Positions 52,630 through 62,494 of a stretch of 64,000 nt of DNA are shown piece after piece. The stretch is from Acidimicrobiales bacterium (GTDB taxonomy: Bacteria; Actinomycetota; Acidimicrobiia; Acidimicrobiales; Aldehydirespiratoraceae), in the NCBI GenBank assembly GCA_041687805.1, contig JBDNJK010000116.1:3985-67984 (forward strand). Direction: 5' to 3'. The notes under the pieces are model-generated. The model was not told the origin of the DNA and searched no databases. It saw nothing but the letters and a program-made list of their open reading frames with translations. Made by a program: the position numbers and the translations under genes. The stretch's first letter is position 1. Each line of letters opens with the position of its first letter.

Positions 52630-53736
52630 TCAGGTTAGCGTCCCGCGGGCGTCGGGCCCGACCGCGGCGGCAACCAACCGTTCGTATCGATCGACATAGA
52701 AATCAGCCAAGTTCTCCATCGAGAACATCTCCGCTCGCTCACGCCCAGAGGTCACCAGGCCGGCACGCTCATCGGACGATCCGATCAGAGAGCGCAAAGC
52801 TGCAGCCAACGCGACGCTGTCGCCAGGTTCGACCAGCACCGCGTCGCGACCGCCTCGCGCCACATTGGAATAACCGGGAATGTCTGCTGCCACGACGGGA
52901 GTCGATGCTGCCATTGCCTCAAGCAACACGATTCCGAACGACTCGCCACGCAACGATGGAGCACAGAAAACATCGGCGCCGCGTAGGCGGGCTGTCTTCT
53001 CGGACTCGCTTATCGTGCCCAACCAGTCGATTCTGGGATCGCCGGCGAACCGCGCCCTCAAGTCGGCGGTGTCGGGGCCCTCCCCGGCAATCCACAAGCG
53101 CACATTGGAAGGCAAATTCGACATTGCGTCAAGCAACACACGAAGACCCTTGCGGGGTTCGTGCCTACCCAAGAAGAGGATCGTGCGGCCGCCGCCCTCG
53201 ATGATCGGACCCTCGGCGTATCGACGAAGCTCGACCCCGTTGAACGCCAGATCGTATTGGCCACCGAGGGCCTGCTGGGCCATTTTACGGGCATCGTCGG
53301 ATACGGCCACCCGGTCGTCGATGCGACCAGCAAGGAACTTGACCACTCGCGGCAGCAAGTCGTAGGCCAACGATCCTCCGGCGGCGTGAAACGTGCCGAT
53401 GAGAGGGGCCGGGCGAGTGAGCAAAGCGGTGGTGGTCGGGCCCGGGGCGAGCGGTTCATGAAGGTGAACCACGTCGAAATCTTCGTCGCGCATGGCCCTG
53501 ATCGTTCGAAGTTGGCAGGCCGGATCCGGCGCGACCGGTGCCACAGAACCGTTTGCCGCAGTAGGAAGGCTCGCACCCAGTGGGGTGACGCCAGCATCGG
53601 GAGGAGGTCCGTCGCAGGGGGCGAGCACGCGCACATCGTGGCCTTTGCGCCGCAGCGCCCGCGCCAAACCCAGCACCTGCATCTGGACACCACCGGGGAC
53701 CGTCAGGCTGTATGGGCAGACGATTCCGATCCGCAT
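52630..53736 (-). CDS. pimA: phosphatidylinositol alpha-mannosyltransferase (GT4)
   Basis: MRIGIVCPYS..VPGGVQ, H.HEP, E.RKG, GESFGIVLLEAMA; downstream of pgsA and acyltransferase. Confidence 0.9.
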   Translation of the reverse strand: MRIGIVCPYSLTVPGGVQMQVLGLARALRRKGHDVRVLAPCDGPPPDAGVTPLGASLPTAANGSVAPVAPDPACQLRTIRAMRDEDFDVVHLHEPLAPGPTTTALLTRPAPLIGTFHAAGGSLAYDLLPRVVKFLAGRIDDRVAVSDDARKMAQQALGGQYDLAFNGVELRRYAEGPIIEGGGRTILFLGRHEPRKGLRVLLDAMSNLPSNVRLWIAGEGPDTADLRARFAGDPRIDWLGTISESEKTARLRGADVFCAPSLRGESFGIVLLEAMAASTPVVAADIPGYSNVARGGRDAVLVEPGDSVALAAALRSLIGSSDERAGLVTSGRERAEMFSMENLADFYVDRYERLVAAAVGPDARGTLT

Positions 53737-54647
53737 TACACAATCGCCTTGAGATGCTCGGGTAATTCCATGTCGAGCAATCGGTAGTCACTGGGCCAAT
53801 TGGGACTCAGCATGTGCCACTGCTCCGGCGCCCGACCTATCAGGACCTCAAATTCGTGAGCGAGATCCTGGGTGATCCGTGTGATGTCTTCACGAAGCCG
53901 ACCCCGTCTCTCAACATTGATCGCGGGACGAACCTCACCGAAGACTCCCCCATCCCGCCAAAAAATGCCTGTCGGGAGCAAAGGGCACTTATTACGAAGA
54001 GCAAGAGTGGCAGGGCCCGCGGGCAGCGTGGTCTGCTCACCAAAAAACTCGACGACCACTCCGTTTCCGACGATGTCGCGATCAGACGGGAGACACAAGA
54101 CCTCGCCACGCTTCAGTGCCCCGCTCGCTTCGCGGCCCGCGTTGTCGTCAGATGCAACGATGTTCATTCCCAGTGACTCCCGAAGGCCGACAAACCATTC
54201 AAATAATTCGGGTGGCTTCAACGGCTCCACCACCGCAGTGATCGGTATTCGCGCAACTCTCGAGATCCAGGCCGCCGCCCACTCCCAACTGCCCAAGTGC
54301 GGCAGCGCGATGATCGAACCCCGGCCACTGGCATGGGCTTCCTCGATCTGACCAAATCCCGAATAGCTGAACTTCTGGTCGATCTCACTGGGCGACATCT
54401 CTGGGAGTCGGAAGCTCTCCAGGTAGTAGCGCGTGTACCAGTCGTAGACAGCTGCCACACGACGACGTCGTTCAGCTGGCGACATCTCACGACCCAGAAC
54501 TCGTTCAAGATTATGGGTGATCAAAAGACTCTTGTCGCCTGACACCGACAGCGCCGAAGACACTGCCCGCGAGCCAACCGAGGTAAGGCCATCGGGAACG
54601 TGGCGTGCCAAAAACGATCCCGCTCGATAGGCGGAGACCGATGCCAT
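53736..54647 (-). CDS. phosphatidylinositol mannoside acyltransferase (PatA-like)
   Basis: Y.RYY.ESFRLP, LPHLGSWE, DRD..G.GV.V.FFG, P.GPA.LA, PEQWHM. Confidence 0.88.
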   Translation of the reverse strand: MASVSAYRAGSFLARHVPDGLTSVGSRAVSSALSVSGDKSLLITHNLERVLGREMSPAERRRRVAAVYDWYTRYYLESFRLPEMSPSEIDQKFSYSGFGQIEEAHASGRGSIIALPHLGSWEWAAAWISRVARIPITAVVEPLKPPELFEWFVGLRESLGMNIVASDDNAGREASGALKRGEVLCLPSDRDIVGNGVVVEFFGEQTTLPAGPATLALRNKCPLLPTGIFWRDGGVFGEVRPAINVERRGRLREDITRITQDLAHEFEVLIGRAPEQWHMLSPNWPSDYRLLDMELPEHLKAIV

Positions 54648-54652
54648 TGAGT

Positions 54653-55342
54653 TCAGTGGTTGCGCAGAGCGCGGCGTTCACGCATCCGCTCACGCCATGC
54701 CGACTCCGAGGCCGTCGAACGTCGAGCTACGCGGCGTTGCGCACTGCGCCTCACCGGTCGACCTTGGGAAGCTTGGCGCCACACCTTCACGAACCGCTGG
54801 ACGGCGGTGACGAGTGTGAGGGCAAGCATCACCCACAACACGCCGATCAGGATCTCGTTGAACAGCAGCCCGAATGCCAAGACGATGAATCTTTCGGCGC
54901 GTTCCATGATGCCGCCCTTGGCATCAAAGCCGAGCGACTCGGCCTTGGCGCGTTGGTATGAAATCAGCATCGCGGCAGCCATGATCGCAACCGGAAGCAT
55001 CGAGATCCGCCCGGGCCGGTTGCTGGCCAAATACCAGGCAACTCCACCGAACAGCATGGCATCGGTGAGGCGATCAGAGACCGAATCGAGGAAAGCGCCG
55101 CGAGTCGATCCAGTGCCCGACGCACGAGCAACTGCACCATCGAGTGCGTCGGGAATGCCGGTGAGAAGTATGAAGAGGAAGCCAACCCGCAGGTATCCCG
55201 AACCAATGGTGTAGGCGGCGATACCCGCCATGGCGATGCCCACCATCGTGACCACGTCGGCAGATATACCGGTTCGGCGCAGGCTCTGGCCGATCGGGGT
55301 GAGACCTCTGTCGACAGTCGCTCGCCAGTTGCCATCGAACAT
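54653..55342 (-). CDS. pgsA: phosphatidylinositol phosphate synthase (CDP-alcohol phosphatidyltransferase)
   Basis: DALDGAVARA...GAFLDSVSDR, SY.RAKAE.LG, G.MERAER; GGAG SD. Confidence 0.9.
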   Translation of the reverse strand: MFDGNWRATVDRGLTPIGQSLRRTGISADVVTMVGIAMAGIAAYTIGSGYLRVGFLFILLTGIPDALDGAVARASGTGSTRGAFLDSVSDRLTDAMLFGGVAWYLASNRPGRISMLPVAIMAAAMLISYQRAKAESLGFDAKGGIMERAERFIVLAFGLLFNEILIGVLWVMLALTLVTAVQRFVKVWRQASQGRPVRRSAQRRVARRSTASESAWRERMRERRALRNH

Positions 55343-55438
55343 GTATGTGCTCCAGTCGGAAATTACGGCCGTCACGCTAACAGCGTGACCAGCCATGCCG
55401 GGCGCATCGGCACTATGACCAACCGGACTCGGCCCTCA

Positions 55439-55957
55439 TCAATTCCCGTATGCGGTCCAGTCCTCGGGGTTGTCCTCGACAAATCGATCGATGATTTCGC
55501 CGTCGATTCCGTCGATCAGCAGCAGCCCTCTTCGGCTCGGTGATGGTTCATTGGAGTAGAGAAGAATTCTCCACGTGGGACGACTTCGCAGGCCGCGCCA
55601 ACCAAGCTGAGCGGACGCGTGCCCTACCGGAAACCCGACCTCGCGACTTGCCGCACCGAGTGCGTGTTGCTCATCGAATGAGAGATCCCAACCGGCCTGC
55701 CAGTGGTAGGCGCCTATCACCACCAGAGCGATGCCTGCATACATGAAACCGTCGTTGACAAGAACTGCATCGGAACCGCTCACCGCCGACAAGACAATCG
55801 CAGCGACACCCGTAAGCATGTAGATGACCGCAGGAATTCGCCGCCGACTGTTGTTTGGGAAGAGGTATGTGGCCGTGAGCGCAGACACGTCAAGGTCGGC
55901 CGGAAGCGTGTCTCGGACCTCGTCGTCGGTCGGCTCCGAATGATCGTCGTTGCTCAT
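55439..55957 (-). CDS. hypothetical membrane protein (2 TM)
   Basis: Two hydrophobic helices, fills the gap between HIT and pgsA, TAGCCT 7 nt upstream of ATG. Confidence 0.75.
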   Translation of the reverse strand: MSNDDHSEPTDDEVRDTLPADLDVSALTATYLFPNNSRRRIPAVIYMLTGVAAIVLSAVSGSDAVLVNDGFMYAGIALVVIGAYHWQAGWDLSFDEQHALGAASREVGFPVGHASAQLGWRGLRSRPTWRILLYSNEPSPSRRGLLLIDGIDGEIIDRFVEDNPEDWTAYGN

Positions 55958-56011
55958 CGCATCGAGGCTATTGCCACGAGAAGTAATCGCCGCGCCATCG
56001 CTGGCAGCCGC

Positions 56012-56515
56012 CTATTTCGGCCAGGCTTCGACCAACCGACGCCACGTGTCGACAAGAGCTTCGGGAAGCACTCGCACATCGGCCACCGACGTCATGAAGT
56101 TCGTGTCGCCCGCCCACCTGGGAACGATGTGGACGTGGAGATGATCGGGCACACCCGCCCCGGCGCTACGGCCGAGATTGAGGCCAACGTTGACACCCTC
56201 GGGTGAGAATGCCGTCTGGACAGCCTCGACGCCATCGCGGACCGCATCCCACAATTCTGTGTGTTCAGCGGGAGTGAGCCCGCCCAATGTGGCCACGCCC
56301 CGCTTCGGCAAAACCAGCAGATGGCCCGACGTGTAGGGATAGGCGTTGAGCAAGGCGAAACACGTGGCACCTCGCCACAAAATGTGGGTCTGCTCATCAG
56401 GGGCACCTGAAGCAAGAATCGACTCGAACAACGTCGCGTCGTCGGGCACGGGGACCATCGACTCGACTTGATTGATGTATGGCATTCGCCATCCTGCCCA
56501 CAGGCGCCCGACCAT
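56012..56515 (-). CDS. HIT family protein (Ap4A phosphorylase-like)
   Basis: RLWAGWRM.YI, LN.YPY.SGH, N.G.N.G..AGAG, HLHVHIVPRW.GD.NF. Confidence 0.92.
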   Translation of the reverse strand: MVGRLWAGWRMPYINQVESMVPVPDDATLFESILASGAPDEQTHILWRGATCFALLNAYPYTSGHLLVLPKRGVATLGGLTPAEHTELWDAVRDGVEAVQTAFSPEGVNVGLNLGRSAGAGVPDHLHVHIVPRWAGDTNFMTSVADVRVLPEALVDTWRRLVEAWPK

Positions 56516-56530
56516 CGAATACCTACGCTA

Positions 56531-58516
56531 TCAGCCGAGGGCCGCGACTTCGGCGGCCACTCTCTTGATGAAATCATCGACTGGCACACCACGATCAGGT
56601 TTGGTTTCGCCACGCTCGTTGACCCCGGCGGTGCCGTGGGCCACGTCGTCGTCGCCAACCACGAGGATGTAGGGAATCTTCTGCACCTTGGCGTTGCGCA
56701 CCCGCTTGCCCAGTGGCTCGGTGGCCTCGACAACTCCGGCTCGCAATCCGGCATCGCGAACACGAGCAGCGACCTCGTCCGCGTAACCCTGGTGAACGTC
56801 GGCGATCGGCAGCACGCGTACCTGCTCCGGCGCTAGCCACGTGGGGAATGCCCCTGCATAGTGCTCGAGCAGCACCCCGAAAAAGCGTTCGACCGAGCCA
56901 AACAGAGCCCGGTGGATCATCACCGGCTGCTTACGAGATCCGTCCTTGGCGACATATTCGAGTTCGAAGCGATCAGGCAAGTTGAAGTCGAGCTGGATGG
57001 TGGACAACTGCCAAGCCCGGCCGATCGCGTCTCGCACGTCGACGTCGATCTTTGGTCCGTAGAAGGCGCCACCGCCCTCGTCGACGACATAGTCGAGTCC
57101 GGCAATTTCCAATGCCTCGCGCAGGCCATCGGTGGCCTGATCCCAGAGTTCGTCCTCACCGACCGATTTCTCGGGCGGACGGGTGGAGAGTTTCGCCTGG
57201 AACTCTTCAAAACCGAAGGACCGAAGCACATCGAGCACGAACGCCAACAGCGAGGAAAGCTCACCGGCAATGTCTTCACGTGTGCAGAAGATGTGGCTGT
57301 CGTCTTGGGTGAAACCCCGGCTCCTGAGAAGCCCATGGACCGCCCCGGACAGCTCATAGCGGTAGACCGCTCCCAGTTCGAACAAACGGAGTGGCAATTC
57401 GCGATAGCTGCGAAGATTCGATTTGTAAATCATCACGTGGAACGGACAATTCATCGGCTTGGGGTAGTAGCTGGCCCCGTCCAATTCCATCGCGGGGTAC
57501 ATGCTGTCGGCGTAGAAGTCGAGATGACCCGACGTTTCCCAGAGCACCGACTTGGCAATGTGGGGAGAAAATACGAACTCGTAGCCGCCGTGCTCGTGGC
57601 GATCGCGGGAGTAGTCCTCCATGATCTTGCGCACCAGCGCACCCTTGGGATGCCACACGGCCAAACCAGGCCCGAGTTCTTCTGGCCAGGACACAAGATC
57701 GAGTTCCTTGGCCAGACGCCGATGATCGCGTTTCTCGGCCTCGACCAAACGATCGAGGTAGCCGTCGAGGTCCTTCTTGGATGCCCAAGCGGTGCCGTAG
57801 ATCCGCTGAAGCATCGGCCGGCTCACATCGCCTCGCCAATACGCTCCGGCAACCGACTGGAGCTTGAAGTGTTTCAGCCGACCCGTGGAAGGAACGTGGG
57901 GGCCGGTGCACATGTCTCGGAATGTGCCAGCCGTCGACATGTCGCCGTTGGCGTAGTAGCTGATCGACTCGGCGCCGTGGGCCTCTGCGGCATCGTCGGC
58001 GTCTGTGGAACCGCTTCGGACCCGTTCGATGATCTCCAGCTTGAACGGCGAATCTGAGAAGAACTCGATGGCATCGTCAACGGACAAAACATGGCGAACG
58101 AAGGGCTGATCGGCCGCCACGATCTCGCTCATCCGCGACTCAAGGCGGGCCAGATCGTCGTCGCTGATGGTGGCACCATCGGGAAGCTCCACGTCGTAGT
58201 AGAAGCCATTCTCGATCGGCGGGCCTATCGCCAGATCGGTACCAGGGAACACATCGAGCAAAGCTTGGGCCAATACGTGGGCCGTGGAATGCCGAATGGT
58301 GTGCAGGCCCCGATCAGAGTCGGACGTGACGATCTCGACAGTGGCGCCGTCGGGCAGCGGATCGCCCAGATCATGCTCCTGCCCATTGACCACGGTGATG
58401 AGAGCAGCGGACGCCAACCGCCGCCCGATCGAGGCCGCCAAGTCGGCGCCGGTGGCACCGTTACTCAACTCGCGCTTCGAACCGTCTGGAAGAGTTACCG
58501 ATATCGAATCTGACAT
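56531..58516 (-). CDS. thrS: threonine--tRNA ligase
   Basis: TGS domain, RHSTAH, RDHR, KPMNCP, R.RGFTQDD.H, AFYGPKID, HRA.FGS.ERF. Confidence 0.99.
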   Translation of the reverse strand: MSDSISVTLPDGSKRELSNGATGADLAASIGRRLASAALITVVNGQEHDLGDPLPDGATVEIVTSDSDRGLHTIRHSTAHVLAQALLDVFPGTDLAIGPPIENGFYYDVELPDGATISDDDLARLESRMSEIVAADQPFVRHVLSVDDAIEFFSDSPFKLEIIERVRSGSTDADDAAEAHGAESISYYANGDMSTAGTFRDMCTGPHVPSTGRLKHFKLQSVAGAYWRGDVSRPMLQRIYGTAWASKKDLDGYLDRLVEAEKRDHRRLAKELDLVSWPEELGPGLAVWHPKGALVRKIMEDYSRDRHEHGGYEFVFSPHIAKSVLWETSGHLDFYADSMYPAMELDGASYYPKPMNCPFHVMIYKSNLRSYRELPLRLFELGAVYRYELSGAVHGLLRSRGFTQDDSHIFCTREDIAGELSSLLAFVLDVLRSFGFEEFQAKLSTRPPEKSVGEDELWDQATDGLREALEIAGLDYVVDEGGGAFYGPKIDVDVRDAIGRAWQLSTIQLDFNLPDRFELEYVAKDGSRKQPVMIHRALFGSVERFFGVLLEHYAGAFPTWLAPEQVRVLPIADVHQGYADEVAARVRDAGLRAGVVEATEPLGKRVRNAKVQKIPYILVVGDDDVAHGTAGVNERGETKPDRGVPVDDFIKRVAAEVAALG

Positions 58517-58552
58517 ACGTCGCCGAGGTTAGCGTCGGCAATACGCCCTTTG

Positions 58553-59311
58553 TCAGACGGCCGCCGGCCGCAACACATCCGCCGATGAGCGGCGAGTAGG
58601 CATCTCCGGATCAATCGTCGTCTCGAGCGTGGTCGTGGCTTGCTGCCGACCCTTGGTGGCATAGGAGTTGACGTAGTCCTGCCCGGTGAGGGCACGAATC
58701 TCGAACATCAACTCGTCGGTCATTTGCCGCAGCCGCAGACGGGTGTCGGACACGTGCTGCGAACCGGTCGGGCTGATCGGATGACCAAATTTGATCTCGG
58801 CGGGCAGGAACGGTTTGGGGCACGATGCGTCCGGTGGCTGGATACGGCGGGTGCCGAGAATCCCGACCGGGATGATGGGTGCGCCGGTCTGCAATGCCAG
58901 ACGCGCCGCACCGGTGTGCCCTTTGTGGAGGAAGCCGGTTCGTGATCTGGTTCCCTCCGGATAGATCCCGAACAACTGGCCACGCTCCAGCAAATCCGCG
59001 GCTGCATCGAGGGCACGCTTGGATGAGTCGCCGCCGCTGCGATCGATCGGAATCATGCCGAGGGCAGGAAACAACCGTCGTGTCTTCCAATCGTCGAGAT
59101 ACTCGGCCTTTCCGACAAAAGTGATGCACCGGGGCAAAACGCTGGGCAGAAAGAATGAATCGATCACAGACGAGTGGTTGGGCGCCAAGATGGCCGGCCC
59201 GTCTACCGGAATGTTGTCGAGGCCGACCACATTTATTCGCCAACATGCCTTGAACAGGGGTCGCATGGTCGATACCGCAATCTTCTGCATGTTCCATTCG
59301 CTCTTCGCCAC
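58553..59311 (-). CDS. lysophospholipid acyltransferase (PlsC family)
   Basis: NHSSVID, K.EY, IYPEGTRS, IIPV; GGAGG SD before GTG 59311. Confidence 0.92.
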   Translation of the reverse strand: MAKSEWNMQKIAVSTMRPLFKACWRINVVGLDNIPVDGPAILAPNHSSVIDSFFLPSVLPRCITFVGKAEYLDDWKTRRLFPALGMIPIDRSGGDSSKRALDAAADLLERGQLFGIYPEGTRSRTGFLHKGHTGAARLALQTGAPIIPVGILGTRRIQPPDASCPKPFLPAEIKFGHPISPTGSQHVSDTRLRLRQMTDELMFEIRALTGQDYVNSYATKGRQQATTTLETTIDPEMPTRRSSADVLRPAAV

Positions 59312-59390
59312 GCGTGTTCCTCCTCTCAGCGCCATCATGACTCACCAAGCGGGGCTTCGCAGGTCGATTGTGTAAACACCTTGTGAACGT

Positions 59391-60545
59391 TCAGTCGATC
59401 CTGCTCACATCGATTCCCAGGAGCGCAGCCGCTCTGGTTGGATCAACGCCGTTCGAGACGGCTTCGTCGATCAACCCGATCGCTGCGGGGACGTCGAGGT
59501 CTGCATCGACACGGCCCCGCACCGCGTCGAGCAACGAGTCGTCATTGCCACTTACCTTGGTCGGGACCGACGAATCGGCGACAACTCGCCACCTGCCCAA
59601 ACGAAATTCGGCATCATCGAGGAGGGCATCGCTCCATTGCCATGGCCGGCGGTAGTGGTGAATCGACAATGCGAGCCGAATCACCGCTGGCTCCACCCGT
59701 TGCCGCAGATCGTGAACAAACACCAAGTTGCCCAGCGACTTCGACATCTTGTGCCCGTCGAGATGGACCATTTCATGATGCAGCCAATATCGGACAAATG
59801 GCTGACCAGTGACCGATTCACATTGCGCCCGGACACATTCATGGTGGGGATAGAGCAGATCGACTCCACCGCCGTGTATGTCGATGGAAGGGCCGAGTTC
59901 CCGCATGGCCAGCGCGCTGCATTCCACATGCCAGCCCGGACGGCCGAGCCCCCATCGCGAGTTCCACTGAGGTTCACCGTCTGCAGATGGCCGCCATAGA
60001 ACGAAATCGAGCGGATTCCGTTTGGCTGGATCGTCGGGGTGTTCGCCCCACTCGTCTGACAATTCTCGCATCCGAGACAAACCGAAATTGGAGACGGTGC
60101 CGAAGTCATCAATCGAAGAGGTATCGAAGTAGACCGATCCGTCCGCCAGGTAGGCATGTCCTGCCTTGATCGTTGAATCGATCAGCCCACGGATCTCCGG
60201 GATGGCACCCGTGGCCCTCGGCTCCGACCATGGAGGCAACGTGTTGAGCGATGCCATGTCGTCGTCGAACCGGGCTCGCTCCCCAAACGCCAAGTCGAGA
60301 TAGTGGACGCCGCGTCGGCGGGCGGCGGCCAGGATACTGTCGTCTACGTCGGTGATGTTGCGTACGTACTTGACCACATGCCCAAGGTCGATCAGTCGAC
60401 GCTGGAGGACGTCGTATGTGATGTAGGTGGCAGCGTGCCCGAGATGGGTGGCGTCGTAGGGGGTAATCCCGCACACGTACATCAGAACTTCATGCGGCGC
60501 GGTGAACTCCACCGTTGATCCCTGAACCGTGTCGTAGAAATGCAT
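59391..60545 (-). CDS. mshC: MshC-like cysteine ligase (CysRS paralog lacking the anticodon domain); start 60545 or GTG 60551
   Basis: MYVCGITPYDATHLGH, NITDVDD, GRPGWHVEC, PHHE, KMSKSLGN; about 385 aa. Confidence 0.75.
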   Translation of the reverse strand: MHFYDTVQGSTVEFTAPHEVLMYVCGITPYDATHLGHAATYITYDVLQRRLIDLGHVVKYVRNITDVDDSILAAARRRGVHYLDLAFGERARFDDDMASLNTLPPWSEPRATGAIPEIRGLIDSTIKAGHAYLADGSVYFDTSSIDDFGTVSNFGLSRMRELSDEWGEHPDDPAKRNPLDFVLWRPSADGEPQWNSRWGLGRPGWHVECSALAMRELGPSIDIHGGGVDLLYPHHECVRAQCESVTGQPFVRYWLHHEMVHLDGHKMSKSLGNLVFVHDLRQRVEPAVIRLALSIHHYRRPWQWSDALLDDAEFRLGRWRVVADSSVPTKVSGNDDSLLDAVRGRVDADLDVPAAIGLIDEAVSNGVDPTRAAALLGIDVSRID

Positions 60546-60670
60546 CGCCACGAAAGATGACGCTATGCCCTCGATATCGCCGCCGTGGACCGTTTCAGGC
60601 CGTAACGTCTTGGAGTCCATGCCGGTCTCACCCGGCAGGGCCGTACGCCGGCCCGCAGAATGGAGGAACA

Positions 60671-61438
60671 GTGGGCCTGCTAGACGGTAAGCGAATCGTG
60701 ATCACCGGGGTGCTGACCGATGCCTCGCTTGCGTATGGAATAGCCAAGCTGGCCCAGGAAGAAGGCGCTGAGATAGTTCTCACCGGCGCGGGCCGTGGTA
60801 TTCGGCTCACCCGGCGAACGGCTCGCAAGTTGCCTACTGAGCCAGAGGTCATCGAGTTCGACGTTTCCGATGCCTCTCAGGCCACGTCCCTTCGAGAGCA
60901 TCTCGAGTCGAAGTGGGGGCGGGTCGACGGAGCGCTCCACGCCATTGGCTTCGCACCCGAGGCCTGTCTCGGCGACGACCTAATGGGCGCAACCTGGGAC
61001 GACGTGAGTGTAGCGATCGAGATCTCGGCGTTCTCGCTCAAACTTCTCGCCGATGCAGTGGCACCTCTCATGACCGATGGCGGCTCGATAGTCGGGCTCG
61101 ACTTCGACGCGACCGTTGCATGGCCGGCCTACAACTGGATGGGTGTGTCCAAAGCCGCGCTGGAATCCACCAACCGCTATCTCGCCAGAGAATTGGGGCA
61201 CTCCGGCGTCCGCTGCAATCTCATCGCCGCCGGCCCGATCAAGACGGTTGCCGCCAAGTCGATCCCCGGCTTCTCCAAGTTCGAGGACGCGTGGGCCGAC
61301 CGTGCCCCGCTCGGCTGGGATGTGATGGATTCATCGGCGGTCGCAAAGTCGACTGTGGCGATGCTCTCCGACTGGTTCCCGTCGACAACCGGATCGATAA
61401 TCCACGTCGACGGCGGATTCCACTTCACCGGGGCATGA
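60671..61438 (+). CDS. fabI: enoyl-ACP reductase (InhA/FabI)
   Basis: ITGV..D.S.AY, H.IGFAP, GLDFD, YNWMGV.K, AGPI.T, VDGG; GGAGG SD. Confidence 0.93.
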   Translation: MGLLDGKRIVITGVLTDASLAYGIAKLAQEEGAEIVLTGAGRGIRLTRRTARKLPTEPEVIEFDVSDASQATSLREHLESKWGRVDGALHAIGFAPEACLGDDLMGATWDDVSVAIEISAFSLKLLADAVAPLMTDGGSIVGLDFDATVAWPAYNWMGVSKAALESTNRYLARELGHSGVRCNLIAAGPIKTVAAKSIPGFSKFEDAWADRAPLGWDVMDSSAVAKSTVAMLSDWFPSTTGSIIHVDGGFHFTGA

Positions 61439-61444
61439 ACATGA

Positions 61445-62494
61445 TCAACCTTCCGGTTGATCGGTCTCGTCTCTGATATCGCCCACCAAAGACTCGAGAA
61501 CGTCCTCCAGAGTCACCATCCCCAGCAGGGTGCCTTGATTGTCGCGTACCAGAGCCATATGACGTCTCATCCGACGCATCGAGCGCATGAGGTCTCGGAT
61601 CGACCGATCGGGCGGCACGATCAACATGCGACGAATCATCTCGAGCGGGACAGGCTCTGATCGCGCATCGGCGGGCAAACGCAAGAGATCCTTGGAGTGG
61701 ACGAATCCGACGATGTCGTCAGATTCGATTCCCTCGATCGGCAACCGACTGTGTCCCGAATGTGCCACGACCGCTTCGATGTCACCAACCGGCAATGCCC
61801 TGATCACACTGACCATCCGTGACCTCGGCACCATGATCGATCCGGCCGTGCGTGCCCGGAAATCCAGAGCGCCCGCCAGTAGGTCATGCTCGGCAACCTC
61901 AATCACACCGTCCTCTTGAGCACCGGCGATCAACGTATGGAACTCATTCACCGTGAGGGCGGTGTTGAGTTCATCGACAGGTTCTCTACCGAGTGATCGC
62001 ACCGCGATGCTCGACATTTCGTTGAGCAACCAGATCACCGGCCGTAGCGCTGCAACGTAAACCTGATGGATCGGTGCGAGCACGCGTGCGGCCTTCTCCG
62101 GGCCGGTTAGTGCGATGTTTTTCGGCACCATTTCTCCGAGGACCATATGAATGGTGACGACAATCATGAGAGCCACCACAAACCCGATGGTGTGCAGCAC
62201 GCCAGCTGGCAGATCGATGAAGCGTTCCACCGCAGATTCGATGAGTGTCGAGACAGCGGGTTCACCGACGAAGCCAAGGCCAAGTGAAGCCATGGTGATG
62301 CCGAGCTGAGCTCCAGCGAGTTGTGGCTGAAGATGACGGACCGCATCGAGCGCGGCCGTGGCTCCATCGTCGGAATTGTCGGCCATCGGCTCAAGCCGAG
62401 ACGGCCTACTCCCGATCAGCGAGAACTCGACCGCCACGAAGAATGCGTTGATGCCCACCAACACGACCGACAGCACCAACATCCACAGGGTCAT
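61445..62494 (-). CDS. CNNM/DUF21-CBS hemolysin-family membrane protein (second of pair, no CorC domain)
   Basis: NAFFVA.EF, QLGIT..SL.LG, GEMVPKN, GHSRLP, VTLED.LE.LVG.I.DE. Confidence 0.92.
   Translation of the reverse strand: MTLWMLVLSVVLVGINAFFVAVEFSLIGSRPSRLEPMADNSDDGATAALDAVRHLQPQLAGAQLGITMASLGLGFVGEPAVSTLIESAVERFIDLPAGVLHTIGFVVALMIVVTIHMVLGEMVPKNIALTGPEKAARVLAPIHQVYVAALRPVIWLLNEMSSIAVRSLGREPVDELNTALTVNEFHTLIAGAQEDGVIEVAEHDLLAGALDFRARTAGSIMVPRSRMVSVIRALPVGDIEAVVAHSGHSRLPIEGIESDDIVGFVHSKDLLRLPADARSEPVPLEMIRRMLIVPPDRSIRDLMRSMRRMRRHMALVRDNQGTLLGMVTLEDVLESLVGDIRDETDQPEG

Noticed and set aside
52630..55342. PIM synthesis genes in a non-mycobacterial genome
   Set aside because: pgsA-patA-pimA is widespread in actinobacteria
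56861..58057. 398-aa ORF antisense to thrS (similarly 37180-38256 antisense to rel)
   Set aside because: Shadow ORFs
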